Positions 1 to 13,034 of a DNA stretch of 64,000 nt are shown in pieces. The position numbers were made by a program, and so were the translations under genes. The stretch is from contig CM075992.1 of NCBI GenBank assembly GCA_038087875.1, forward strand, positions 7,752,001 to 7,816,000, in the 5' to 3' direction. Each line of letters begins with the position of its first letter. The first letter of the stretch is position 1. A model generated the notes under the pieces. It searched no databases, was not told the origin of the DNA, and worked only from the letters and a program-made list of their open reading frames with translations. This stretch comes from Malacoraja senta (taxonomy: Eukaryota).

Positions 1-503
1 CCTGTACGATCTTCCTAGTGCTAGCAATCTCCCTAACATCGTTTCAAAAAGTTTTAGAAAAGAAAAATCACAAAATTTGATCACACCAGTTCCAAAACAG
101 CACTAGCTGGACCTCCTGTGTTAGTCTTTTTAAGGTACACCAAGCTTTAGGAGTCAAATTTCCCACGTTAGCGACAGCATTCTCCACAGCTTTGATATTA
201 TGAAGCGGAGGTCTTCCCCAGGCTACAAACGCCTGACTAATGTACAGACCTAACAGCTGCTGTGAAGCTGCAGGAATCATCTGCCGTGTGGGAGCTTGAT
301 TTGCGGCAATATCTGAATGGTTGAGTTAAACAGCCTGATTTAACTACACATTACCCTTGGTTGGTCCAAGTGTTTGTCTAAATTGATTGCCAAGCCGCCA
401 CATTGTCGACTTGTGAACTCTTCGGGTTACAAACAGTTCACAGTAATTGGACCCTGTCATATCCTGGGGCCAACCTGTAGCTATTGAAGAATCACACCAT
501 TGT

Positions 504-1345
504 ACGAAACAAGGATGCAATACAAACATTTAAATTTAAATCTAAATTGGACCAAGTGATAGCCCATACTTTATAAATGTTAGTGTAGATTGCAGTTGCT
601 TGAACTATCTTTTCCTGGAGGTGTTTATTTTGTTTCAGTGAAATCATAAGTTGAATGCTTCGTAAACAGCAGTGTAACTTTTCATCAGCTGCTGGAAAGT
701 GTTGGCGGGGGATGTTTGCATGCTATAATGGTGGAAGTATTTGTCAGATGTCCAGGATATATCTCCAGTTTTGGCAGGTTTGACAGATAACATTCCAGTA
801 ACAAATGAACAAGAAGTACCTATTTTGCTCCCAAAGCCAAAGTCAGTGTCACCCTCATTCTGAGAAGCTTGCCTCAGGTTCCTTGTATGCTGTCTTTGCT
901 GATACCTGCTACATATGACACACTGCTGCATGCAAAAGTCCAGAATAGCACTTCTATGAACCTTTCATCTTCCAGAAATGTGATTTTTTTCTATTAACAC
1001 CTGAAATGGGTATTGGGCTGCAGTTCAGGTTATCAAAAAGTGTCATTGATGAAAGCACTCTTGCCCTTGCAGATCCCCATCAGCAACTTACTGCCATGAA
1101 ACCACCTCTTATATCAAATGCCCAGCTCCAGTTAAAAAAAAATGATTTCTGATCTGATAAACACGAAACAAGGAAGCAGTACAAACATTCAAAAGTAAGT
1201 CTAAATTGTTACGCTTTTAACTTTATGAATGTTAGTGTTGATTGCAGTTGCTTGAACTATCTTTTCTTGGAGGTGGTCTCACATATTTTGGCTTCAGTGA
1301 AATTATAAGTTGAATGCTTCGTAAACAGCACTATAACTTTTCATC
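504..1345 (+). repeat. Diverged direct repeat pair (~183 bp; 504-686 and 1163-1345)
   Basis: Both copies run ACGAAACAAGGA..TACAAACATT..GATTGCAGTTGCTTGAACTATCTTTTC..AAGTTGAATGCTTCGTAAACAGCA..AACTTTTCATC, 659 bp apart. Confidence 0.9.
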
Positions 1346-1361
1346 CACTTCATATGAAAAC

Positions 1362-1895
1362 GCACACCTCCAGATTCAGGGACAGTTTCTTCCCAGCTGT
1401 TATCAGGAAACTGAACCACCCTACCACAACTAGAGAGCAGTCCTGAGCTACTATCTACCTGGTGACCCTCGGACTATCTTTGATCGGACTTTTCTGGCTT
1501 TACTTTGCACTACACGTTATTCCCTTATCATGTAGCTAGACACTGTAAATGGCTCGTAGGTAGACAAAAATGCTGGAGAAACTCAGCTGGTGAGGCAGCA
1601 TCTATGGAGCGAAGGAAATAGGCAACATTTCAGGTCAAAACCCTTCTTCAGACTGACGAAGTGTTTCGAACCAAAACGTTGCCTATTTCCTTTGCTCCAT
1701 AGATGCTGCCAAACCCGCTGAGTTTCTACAGCATTTTTGTCTACCTTCGATTTTCCAGCATCTGCAGTTCCTTCTTAAACAACTGTACATGGCTCGATTG
1801 TACATGTGTTGCCTTTCCGTCGACTGGTTAGCACGCAACAAAAAGCTTTTCACTGTACCTTGTGGGTACACATGACAATAAACTAAACTGAACAT
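1362..1895 (+). mobile_element. Rex1/Babar-type LINE 3' end, interrupted by a Penelope-derived mini-element
   Basis: CCAGATTCAGGGACAGTTTCTTCCCAGCTGTTATCAGG (RFRDSFFPAVIR, as in the other Rex1/Babar copies here); ends CAATAAACTAAACTGAAC. Confidence 0.7.
1557..1781. mobile_element. Penelope-derived terminal-repeat (pLTR) mini-element, inverted pair
   Basis: Two inverted pLTR arms meet at degenerate hammerhead cores; TSD ACTGTAAATGGCTCG (1542-1556) / ACTGTACATGGCTCG (1782-1796). Confidence 0.85.
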
Positions 1896-4774
1896 AAATC
1901 TGGAAGTTGTTAAAATGCTAAATATCCTGATTAGGATATAGAGTTGTGTTATTTATCAGTGGTCACTCTACAACCTTTTCTTTTCCACAACCCCACATAT
2001 TGCTGTTACTGTTGTTTTAATCCTTAGTTATCTTAACATTGCTTACATGCAATTTATACTTGTTTTGCTTTGGTGTGACTAGGTAAATTGGGCTAAGTTA
2101 GGCCAGCTTCTCATTACATAAAACAGAATGCTGGATGAACTCAATAGATCAAGCAGGATCTATGGAAGCAAAAAGGGTAGATTACATTTTGGGTCAAGTC
2201 ACTGCATCAGGACTGAGAGGGAACAAGAAAGATTGTGCAGTGCAGAGGTGGGTGGGATAGAGGATGATTGATGATAGGTGGAACCAGATGTGGAAAGGAT
2301 GATGGGCAAATCGACAGGTTCTATCTTTGCATCATCGCCTCCCCATCCAAGAAATTCACACAAGTTACACCACTTTTATGTGAAAACAAATCCTTTACCA
2401 ATTTTGCTCCCCTGAGTTACACTAATGAAAACACCATTTACCTCATTGTCGAATCAGACAACGAGTAAAGCAAGGAAGAAAGATATTTGGCACATGGATA
2501 GGGGCATTCCAGCTAGTCCCTCTTCTCGTTGCCCTATAAATTCTTTCCAATATTTATCTTCCATTTGAATGTGAAAATTGATTCTGCCGCCACTAATATT
2601 CTTGGCAGTCCATTCCAGTCCCTACACTTGTTTTATAAAATACTTATTCTTCACATCCCTTTTACGTCCCTGGTCTTGACCAAGCCTCACAAGAAAACAG
2701 TTTATCTATATCTACTTTATCTGTACCCTTGATTTATCCCTCTACAGTGTCTCCTAATCAGAGTTGTACAGTACAGAAACATGCCCTTTAGCCCACAACA
2801 TCCTTTTTCCCCATCTACACTAATCCCCTTTGCCTGCATCGTTTGTACCCTTCCATACCTTGCATATTCCAGCTCCTATATCATAGTAGTGATTGCAGCT
2901 GATACCACCGTCTTTTTGGCTGTAAGCTCCAGGCACCAATCCATGTACAGAAAAATCCCCTTTAAAACTCCATCTTCTTTCCTTAAACATATGCCGTCTT
3001 TTCCAGCTTCGCTTGTCTATCCACATCACTCATCCCTCAAACTTTTAGTAAATCTCTTCTACATCTTCTTTAAACCTTTAAATTGTTCCTGAAATGTGAT
3101 ACCAAAACTGGACACAATGCTGTCTCGACCCGAAACGTCGCCAATTCCTTCTCTCCATAGATGCTGCCTCACCTGCTGAATTTCTCCAGCATTTTTTGCC
3201 TACCTTCGATTTTTTTCCACCATCTTTCTTAAACACAATACTCCTGTTGATCTAGTTTTATAACATAGTTCATTGTCCACATCAAGAGAACACAAGCTTC
3301 CAGCTTTAGTACTTGTTCCAAATATAATAAATTTACAACGTTTTAGTGGCAGCGTTTTAGTGGCAAAGACTATTGCTTGCTTGCTGGTAGGTGTTTTGAG
3401 TACCCTCCTGGGACCAGAATCAATTAATTAATACATTTCCTTAATTTAATTTTATATGTGTGCTTAGACACATAAATGATTCTAATATCATCAGTATAAA
3501 TAAAGAAAGACATAATTTGTGTTTTCATCAAGCCCAATTTTTGTGCTGTTTTCTGGTTTTATATACCAGTATTTATTTTTAAGCTTCTCAGGAAAACTTT
3601 ATATAAATGGCTATTGGTAAGAATGATGTAAACTAGATATGAATTTCGTCATATTTTCAAAATGATTTCAGCACCTTAAACTTAGTTAAATACAGTGCCG
3701 CTTGTGTAAATTTTAAAATATAATAATAATGTTGACGATGACAGTGAAGATTATAATTACAAAACAACACTGATCTTTTTCAGATTAATATCTACAGTAA
3801 ATCCATGCAAAAATTCTTAAGATCATAGCCTCAACATACTCATATGTTTAATTAACATTTTTTTAAAAATCTCAAGTGACTACGATTTTCAAAAATAAAT
3901 CATGCAAAACAACGTATTACTTTCTAATAACTTTGGTGGAAAATAGACAGACGATGCAGGGGTGGGTGTTGTTGAATGCTGCCAAAGCTTCCCTTGATGT
4001 CTCATTTATTTGCCATTAATTGTCTGTTTCAACTGACAAATAGAAACAGTGGGTTGACACATTAACATTTTCAGCAATGCTGAGTATAATTCACAAAATT
4101 GAGTTTTGGTTACTAAACACTCAATAAATATAGTAGCAAGAATCTCAACAACTGGCAGTAGAAGGGCTCCCCTATTTTAATTTAAATCTGCCAATAATTA
4201 CAGCTGGTGGGATAGAATCAAATCCATCAAATTTTGATGTCACGGACATCAAATTTTGATCGAATCATCAAATCAAACACTTCCACTACATGAAATGGTG
4301 GTGAGACAAGAAAAGCAACTCTTGTTATAAAATTGCAGGTGTTCTTTGGCACAGAATGATCAGCAATGCCTGTGGTGGCATGAAAGCACATTATCCAATA
4401 GGCAAACTAGCAATATTTCAATTTTCAATTGTAACACAGCTGCTAAATATTTCAATATGATTTGCTTGGCCCTAATTAAGATTCAATTTTCTCTTCCAAC
4501 CTCCCTTAACCTGGGTCAAGTTGAGGCTAACAGTTCGAGCACTATTTCTGGGCACACGTGGGAACAATTTGCCGAACCTTTATATTTGTGAAACAAGAAT
4601 GTTCCCTCCTTAGCTATGCGGAACGATCTCACTTTCAATCCCTCATTACCAAAAAGATTGGGAACTATTAATGTGGAGAGAATGAGAAAGAAGCCTGGTG
4701 CAACTCACAATGGTAATTCTACTTTGCACCTATATCTATTTTGCAGCCCAAAAATGTATATGTTTATAAACTAA

Positions 4775-4976
4775 TGTGTAGGAAGGAATTGCAGATGCTG
4801 GTTTAAACCATAGATACAAAATGCTGGAGTAACTCAGTGGGACAGGCAGCATCTCTGGAAAGAAGTAATGGGTGACGTTTTGGGTCGAGGCTGAAGAAGG
4901 GTCTCAACCTGAAACATCACCCATTCCTTCTTTTCAGAGATGTTGCCTGTCCCACTGAGTTACTCCAGCATTTTGC
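4775..4976. mobile_element. Penelope-derived pLTR mini-element, inverted pair
   Basis: Inverted arms; perfect 13-bp TSD GTTTATAAACTAA (4762-4774 / 4977-4989). Confidence 0.85.
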
Positions 4977-5785
4977 GTTTATAAACTAACTTTAATATTT
5001 CTGACCAGGATCAATGGAATTTGTAAAGTTATCAGAATTTTGTTGCCTTCTCTCAGTGAATAAGGTTTTATTTATGAAATTGATATTTTCTCTTGATTAT
5101 TTGTTGATTATTGCAACTTTGGTGATGAAAGTTCCAATGGCACAAATGACAGGAGGATCCTGGGCATTTCAACAATTGTAAAAGATTTCATGGACAAATA
5201 ATTCAGAAAATGTTACTTTATATTAACTTCATAAGTTAAACATTTTCTACAGATCAGAGTATAATTTATAGATTCTAGAAGATTAGACAGGCGAACTGCA
5301 TGTTTTAACATTTTGGAATACTGTATGTTCTAGATGAACCTGAGTTACATTTCCGTAGTTATGTACTTTAAACTTAATTTATATTTTCAGACCCTGATGA
5401 CAATGAAGTATAACATCAGGCATGATAAAAAAAAGCAATTGCAATTGACATTAACCGCAGGTCATCTTGGAAAGTGGGTCAGGCTTCAGGGGAACAGAAA
5501 AAGCACAGCTGCAAAGTGCCAGCATTGGCAGAGGTCCAAGATAGCAGGTTTTGTGATGGCAGGGAACACATCAGAAGTGTCTTCCCAACGAAAACAAGTC
5601 AATCCTTCTCAGCCAGTCACATTTCCACAGTTAACTGATTTTGTTTTATATAGTTTTATTTATCATTAGATCAATAGACACCGAACAGATAATCAATAAT
5701 CAAAATGATGTTGTTTAAAAACAACCCCTGGCTTGTGTCAATGTCAGTAACAGTGATGCTAATAGTGGATGCAGTATCTAGTGAT

Positions 5786-6701
5786 CTTCTTCTTCTTGCG
5801 AATGAAACATAAACCAAAGGACTAGTTAGATCTCAAGCCGGGTGTTGAGCAGCCAGGTTGTTGTCTCTGTTGGCGTCAATGTCTGCCAGGCCCTGACAGA
5901 GCTCCATTTGGTGGGTGGTAGAGCGGGCACCCAGAGATGACATGGTTGGCTGTCTGTTGTTCTGCTCCGCATTCACAGGCTGGGCTCTGGCGCAGCCCCC
6001 ATCTCCACATGCTGGGATTGAAACGCCCATCTCTAGTACCAAGTCTGTTGAGCTTCACCCATGCTCCTCTGGGTAGGTCAGACCCTGGACAGCTTTTATC
6101 TGGTGAAGAGATGTAGCTGTGTAATGGAGATGAGGTTGCCTTCCACTCCTGTGACCACGTGGTGGCTATCCAGTGTGCGTTTGTCTCAGTTGGCCGGATG
6201 GATGCTAGGAGTTGTTTTCCATGTGGAGCAAAGGGGTGACGGGACTTCAGTCGGGGTGGCCTCTGCTCTCTGCTGATAGCCTGATGGAGGAGGTGATCTG
6301 GGTCTATGGCATGACAAGATAGTGCCAGAGTTGCTACTTGCCTTCGAATCCCTGCAGGCAAAATGCCTGCAAGTTTAGGGAGCTGCTCGACTGGAGTAAG
6401 TTGAAGGCACCCAGTGATGGTTCGCAAGGTGCTGTTCAGGCTCGTGTCTACCAGGCTAGTATGTCTACTTCTACTCCATACGGGCACGCAGTACTCAGCT
6501 GCGGCATACACAAGAGCTAAGGCAGATGTGTGAAGAGTTGATGGACTGGCTCCCCAACTTGTTCCTGCCAGGCGTCAGACGCTGCCGCTACGTGCCATGA
6601 CATTGTCGCAGAGATCAGCTAGGTGTTGACGAAATGTAAGCGACCTGTCCAGCTTTACGCCGAGGTCAGTGGGTGTTTGTTGAAAGTCCAAGACTTCCAT
6701 C
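5786..6701 (-). mobile_element. 5'-truncated Vingi/Ingi-like (I-group) LINE, RT C-terminus plus CCHC finger, degenerate
   Basis: Minus-strand translation LGVKLDRSLTFRQHL..*RLAGTSWGAS..LVYAAAEYCVPVW..CECGAEQQTANHVISGC; 3' end CATTCGC(AAG)n; TSD TATCTAGTGAT (5775-5785) / TATCTGGTGAT (6702-6712). Confidence 0.8.
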
Positions 6702-6751
6702 TATCTGGTGATGTTATTGGCAAATAGTTATATCATATAATGAATAATAAT

Positions 6752-6880
6752 AATGAATACGTTTATTGGCCAAGTATGTACACATACAAGGAATTTGCCT
6801 TGGTGCTCCACCCGCAAGTAACAACACGACATACAGTGAACCATGAAGAATAAAACATAAAACATTAAGAATTAAAGTTC
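6752..6880 (-). mobile_element. Rex1/Babar-type 3' UTR fragment
   Basis: TTTATTGGCCAAGTATGTA..CGCAAGTAACAACACGA matches the 3' UTR of the copy at 12008-12826. Confidence 0.6.
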
Positions 6881-7897
6881 CATTTATAATATATTAACTA
6901 GTTATCAGTTAGTTCAATGTTTGGAGTCTCGTTACTTTTCATTTTATACACTTGCTAAGATCATAGAATGGTCAATGGAGGTGTTTTACATTGAACACAA
7001 TTCAAGGTGAAAGATTTAAAATATTTATGTCTGTTCCTCCACTATTAACAAACTCAGGATTGCAATTGGACCTGTTCTTTGTTCATTTACATTACCTCTT
7101 TTAGCTTGATTCCTTGAATAAAGAAATATTAACCTATTCACCTTTGTTGAGCCTTGTTTTTAATTGAATACAGACACCATTTACCCTATAAAATGACTGC
7201 TATGCTAAAATTATGTGGAAAGAAAAAAAAGCCTGAATACTCTATATTTTATTATTTCATTATTTCATTAGTATTTCATTAAAAATACTAACATAAAGAT
7301 GCAATGATTTATAATTTACACAATATATTTTGCATATAATTAAAGTACGCAACATGGCAATAAAACGTATCAAATTTGCATTGATTCCAATTTCAAAAGG
7401 TGGTGCTGCTAAAAATCTGCTCTTTTTCCCCACGTCACACACAGTAAAAATAGGTTGCAGCATGTTTAAAACTACCAGAAGTATTGAGATTTGGAAGATG
7501 TTAAAATGCAGAGTTTGTTCTCATAATTTAAAATAACTGAAAGCCTCAGTACATCAGAGACTTGGACCGACTACATATTGATCCAAATTTGCTGAGAGTT
7601 TAGCATTATGCAGCATCAGGATTCCTGTGTAAATTCATAAGCCCTGAACTTATAAGTCCAATTGTGTCAGTGATTTCTCAGCTGTGTTGTGCCGCAAGAC
7701 TTATTATGAAGTGCTATTGTATGGCAGGTGCTTACTGAGATTTCCCAGCATTTATTTTATGGAATGTGCTTCCAATCCTGCATCAGATTAGACATGGCAC
7801 TGGATTCATAATTCCGTTCCTTTGAATGCGTTTTATAGGGCTATGGTGAGGGTAACTGCCTAGAAAATGGACTGCATAGCACTGACTTTTTCAGCTA

Positions 7898-9217
7898 TAC
7901 GAGTCTTTTTACAATACTGGAGAGATTTTGAAGAACGAGTTTATTATTCAGGTTTTTACACTGTTCTTAACAAAAATCTACCCATCATGTGAAACCTTAC
8001 AAATAACAGATATAAAATAGATAACTTCAAGACGGAAAGTCAAAAATCTTTTTCATACCAGACAAATTTTCATCGTTTTACCACCATTTTGGACACCAAA
8101 AATGTGACATTAATTTAATTCATAAATAAACTTCATATGGCCCTTCATACATATACGTTTTGATAATGATCTAGGGAAATATCTTCATCAATACCAGGAG
8201 AAAAATACAGTAACATGTCTGGTATTCCGCCTCGCAAAGATCCCGTAACGGTCGTTGTGCTTGGTGTCCATTGTCACAATGACCGTTATCGGGGTTGGTA
8301 CCTCTGTAAGTTAAACCACGGAGGCTCCAAACCTCTAATGCTTTTCCCAAACCCAACGAGGTATCCTAGTTATTTTTGGGCGAGTTAATTATTTTTTCTT
8401 ATTTTCCAATTTAATATATCAAAAATATCGTGGGGGCAAAAACGCAACAACCGTTTACGATATATTTTCCGACTTTTTAAAATCAATAAAATAAATGTTT
8501 TGGACATAAATTGGTCATCAAAATTAAGATACTGAGTCAATCTTCATTTTGGCAACACACTGTCTCTTGTTTGCCTTTCGTACGGACCAAGTCGCTAACT
8601 TAATTCCTTTGTGTCAACTTCCGGAAGCTCCACAATGACCGTCACCGAGACATTTTACTTACTAAAAAATCATCCCAAATCAAACCTTCTGATGAATCAT
8701 CGGCCATCGATATAGCTCAAATCCATAAGGTATTGTACCGTTTAGATCACATTGATGAAAATGTTTGGTTTTCGATAATAATGTAACGTCATTTTCTGGG
8801 ACACCAAACCTTTGAGTGTCCACCGCAACATATGTTTGTGTGTATGATGTGTGACACGCATTGCGGTGTCCACTCAGATGGATGCAGTATTCTACTACAT
8901 GATCAGGTGAATGAAGTGGAAATGGTGTTTGCAATTTTATTGTTCCATGTGGTAGTCATAAACATAGAATGGAATAAGAAATACATGCACTTACTGTGCC
9001 AACCAGGTCACTGGTGGACACCACGTGACAACCGTTACACAAAATGTATTTGTGTATTCTGATGCCATTTGCGGAAACTTGCCATCAATATGCTATACTT
9101 TCTTATATTTTTTTGATGATACTATGTTAGTCATGAACCCAATAAAGTGCTTGTCAACCTTTTTGAAGGAATTTGAAATTTGACCCCCTTTGTCACGTTA
9201 TTGTAAAAAGACACCTA
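7898..9217. mobile_element. Degenerate DNA transposon with 19-bp TIRs and TA (or TATA) flanks, Tc1/mariner-like
   Basis: TA|TACGAGTCTTTTTACAATA (7898-7916) and TATTGTAAAAAGACACCTA|TA (9199-9217), 2 mismatches; interior richer in CpG than the flanks; no intact transposase ORF. Confidence 0.7.
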
Positions 9218-9663
9218 TACAACTAAAAGTTTACTTCATCAAGAGTACATGGTTTTGAAACCAGTTCTGTGTTAAATCATATCAATCATGAAATTTAAAC
9301 AGGTAATTCCTATTGCAAGAACTGTTGCAACCCTATGTGATTTACCATTCACTGCGCACAACTCCTTTTGGTTCATTTGCTGGACACATAGTCTTATAAA
9401 TGCAATGGCGATCTAGGAGGCCAGCAGGTAAATATAATCCTTCCCAAAATTCCCAGCTCATCCATCCCTGCACTAAAACTTCGCCAAAATCCTGCACAAT
9501 GTTCAGCCTCTTGTTTCCCTGACTCCCCATCCACACAGGCCTTCCAATTCTCCCCTTCATTGCTAGTGCTCTTTCCACAACCTGCTTTCCCATTTTCCGG
9601 TGTTTGGCCCATTTTCCACTACATCTTTCCGATCCATCTACTTATCTTAAACTCTTTCTTTGG

Positions 9664-11360
9664 CAGTTCATGCCCATATCCCCACCACCCTCTGTGTGAA
9701 GAAGTTGCCCCCCAGGTCCTTTTTAAATCTTTCCCCTCTTATCTGAAGCCAATGTCATCTAGCATTTGATTCCCCTCCCCTTGGAAAAGGACTGTTACAT
9801 TATTAATTCCCCTCATGATTTTATATACCTCTAAGATTACCCCTCAGTCTCTTACGTTACAACCTCTCCTTAGTTCGACCTCACCAACATCTTGTCCTAC
9901 TGCAAAAACCCAATTCCTTCACTGGCTGATGAAGGCTAGTGCACCAGCTGCATTCTGCACCATCTTATTTACATGAGATGCCACTTTCAGGGACAATGTA
10001 CTTGTACATCTAAGTCACTCCATTCTACAACACTCCCCAGGGCCCTATTCTTCACTGTCAAAGTCCTACTTTAGTTCAACATCCCAAAACGCAACACCTC
10101 ATTCTTATTTGAATTGAATGCCACTTGCCAGTTCTCGGCCCACTTGCCGAGCTGAACAAGATCCCATTGTAATCATTAATAACCTCCTTCACTGTCAATG
10201 ATGCCACATGTTTTAATGTCATCTGCAAATATACGAACTTTATTTGACATCCATAAATGACAAACAACAACAAGCATAACACCAACCTCTGAGGCAAACC
10301 AATAGTCACAGGCCACCAGTCTGAAAAACAAACTTCTAACATTAACCTCTGCTTCCTGCCAATAAGCTAATTATTGTCTAATTATCTGAAGGTTTCGACC
10401 CAAAACGATGCCTATTTCCTTCGCTCCATAGATGCTGCTGCACCCGCTGAGTTTCTCCAGCATTTTTGTCTACCTTCGATTTTCCAGCATCTGCAGTTCC
10501 TTCTTAAACTATTATCTAATTAGCTAGTTTTCCCTGGATCCCATTTGATCTAATCTTGTGGACTAGTGTACCAAAAGGGTACTTGTCAAAGGCCTTACTA
10601 AAGACTATATAGACAATGTCCACTACACTGCCCTCACCAATCTTCTTGGTTACTTCTTCAAAAAAATCCAACGGGATTTGTGAGACACAATTTCTCACAC
10701 ATTAAGCTATGTTCACTATCCGTAATCATTCATGTTCATCCAAATGCAGGTACATCCTATCTATCAAATTCTTTTCCAGTAGCTTACCCCTAAGTTCCCT
10801 GGCTTGCCCTTGCTTCCCTTCTTAAATAACAATACAACATTAGCTATCCTCCGGTCTTCTGGAATTTCAACTGAGGATAATGACGATGCAAATATCACTG
10901 CAATATCTCAGCAATTTTGTCCTCTAGCTTCCCACAAGGTCCGAGCCTGTACCTGGTCAGGCCCTGGGGATATATCCACCTCATTGTGCTTTAAGGCTGC
11001 CAATACCTCTTCTATGGTCATTTGTAATGTGGTCCAAAACATCACAACTCATTTGCCTCAATTCCTTAGCTTCCATGATTTTCTTTACAGTACACACTGA
11101 TGAGAAATTTTAAATGTAAAAATTCTTACCCATGTCCCGTTGCTCCACACATAGAATGCCACATTGGTCGTTAAGGGTCTTTTAAACATTATAATTGTAC
11201 CTGTCGCTACAGCTCCCTCAGGCAGCGTGTTCCATATACCTACAACCCTCTGTGTGAAAAAAGTTGTCCCTCGGGTTCTTTTTAAATCTTTCCCATTCCA
11301 CCTTAAATCTATGAACTGTAGTTTTAGATTCCCCAACCCTGGGATAAGGTCTTTACTCAT
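9664..11360 (-). mobile_element. CR1 LINE ORF2 fragments, degenerate, with a pLTR mini-element at ~10386-10510
   Basis: Minus ORFs FFEEVTKKIGEGSVVDIVYIVFSKAFDK, WPVTIGLPQRLVL and FFTQRVVGIWNTLPE. Confidence 0.85.
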
Positions 11361-12007
11361 ACTTGATTAAAGGAAAGCATACAATTTACCTTCTTAATTG
11401 CTTGCTCAACTTGTATGCTAACTTAGCAGGTTAAACATTTGGCTGCTATAAATTGACAAATGTGCAGTAGATGTCTTCTATTACATCAATAATAACAATT
11501 TGTATCAGTCTCCCCCGCTTTTGAACTCTAGCCGCTAGCATCTATGATTACAAGTAATATTTGTACCTTGCCTTTGCTCAAATTTCTTTAGCACATAGAT
11601 GTCTTGCCATGGACGATGCAATTTTGTATACACGTTCAAATGTGCGTCTATAAAATGTTTATAAAATGCAATTGAATTCACTCATCAACTAACTCGCAAA
11701 CAAACTTGCCACTGGGTCTCAGAGGGTTTGAAGTTGCAGGCCTGAAGCAGGTCCTTCAATGAGGGAATATTCGTGCTGGCAGTCCTGACTTTTGATTCCT
11801 CATTCAAAGTTTTTAGTTCTACAAATTTTATGCCGATTGAAATAAATCTGTAACTTTTGCACTGCTTTGCAAAGCAAAACACCTTCTGCTGTCCGTGACA
11901 TTAACAGATTTGCCAACTGTGTCCTTTTTTAATGTGTTTCAGTTAGAAACATGGTCTCCTCTGCATTATATAGCATATTATGCACACATTTTCTCCGCGA
12001 TTGTCTA

Positions 12008-12826
12008 TTGAATTGAATTCATTTTATTAGCCAAGTATGTATATATGCTTTGCTCGCAAGTAACAACACGATATACAGTAGACAATTAAAAATAAAACAT
12101 TATAATTTAAACATGTGAAGAATGACATAAAATACCAGAGCACAAGGAGGCTACAGATTTTTGGTTATTGAGTAGAGCTACTACTCGTGGAAAAAAGGTG
12201 TTTTTATGTCTGGCTGTGACAGCCCGGAGTCGCCTTCCAGAGGGAAGTGCTTCAAAGAGTTTGTGACCAGGGTGAGAGGGGTATTACCCGCCCGCTTCCT
12301 GGCCCTTGCTGTGTACAGTTCGTCGATGGGGGGAAGGTTGCAGCCAATTTCGGATGATAGAACAATTCGCTGCAGCCTCCAGATGTCGTGCTTGGTGGCT
12401 GAGCCAAACCAGACCATGATGGAGAAGGTGAGGACAGACTCTATGATGGCAGTATAAAACTGGACCATCATTGTCTGTGGCAGATTGAGTTTTCTCCGCT
12501 GCCGCAGGAAGTACATCCTCTGTTGGGCCTTTTTGACTGTGGAGTCGATGGTGGCCTCCCATTTAAGGTCCTTGGAAATGATGGTTCTAAGGAACTTAAA
12601 TGACTCCACAGATGTGACTGTGGTGTTGGTGATGATGAGTTGGGGGAGGGGAGGGGGAGCTCTCCTAAAGTCTACAATCAATTCCACTGTCTTAAGAGCT
12701 CCAGGTTGTTGCAATGGCACCAGGACGCCAGCAGTGTCACTTCCTGTCTGTAGGCAGATTCCTCCCCATCCTGGATCTGTCCAATCAGGGTTGTGTCATC
12801 CGCAAACTTGAGAAGCTTGACAGACA
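12008..12826 (-). mobile_element. Rex1/Babar-type LINE, 5'-truncated
   Basis: ORF 12181-12720: KTVELIVDFRR..VESFKFL..KKAQQRMYFLR..FYTAIIESVLTFSIMVWFG. Confidence 0.85.
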
Positions 12827-12842
12827 GCTTCACTATGTTAGT

Positions 12843-12896
12843 GCAGTGGGAGATTGCAACCTACACGTGGTCCACCCTGTTTCGACTAATGCAATC
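12843..12896 (+). ncRNA. HDV-like ribozyme with partly mutated P1
   Basis: GCAGTGG-GA-GATTGCA-ACC-TACACGT-GGT-CCACCCT-G-TTTCGA-CTAA-TGCAATC; P2 and P3 intact, two P1 mismatches. Confidence 0.7.
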
Positions 12897-12986
12897 AACC
12901 CGACGTGCACAAACAAATAGATATCATTTTTCATGCCACTTGATCTACAACTTTAGGCTGTGCACGCCATATGCAAGAAGAAGAAG
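12843..12986 (+). mobile_element. Short ribozyme-headed retroposon, family A, copy 1
   Basis: Perfect 11-bp TSD ACTATGTTAGT (12832-12842 / 12987-12997); (GAA)n tail; homologous to 24634-24776. Confidence 0.9.
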
Positions 12987-13034
12987 ACTATGTTAGTTTC
13001 TGTATAATAATATGAAGAACTATTGATAAGAACT

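Noticed and set aside
689..783. Possible exon encoding KCWRGMFACYNGGSIC (LDLa/EGF-like spacing)
   Set aside because: The frame stops shortly after, the domain is incomplete, and no partner exons are visible.
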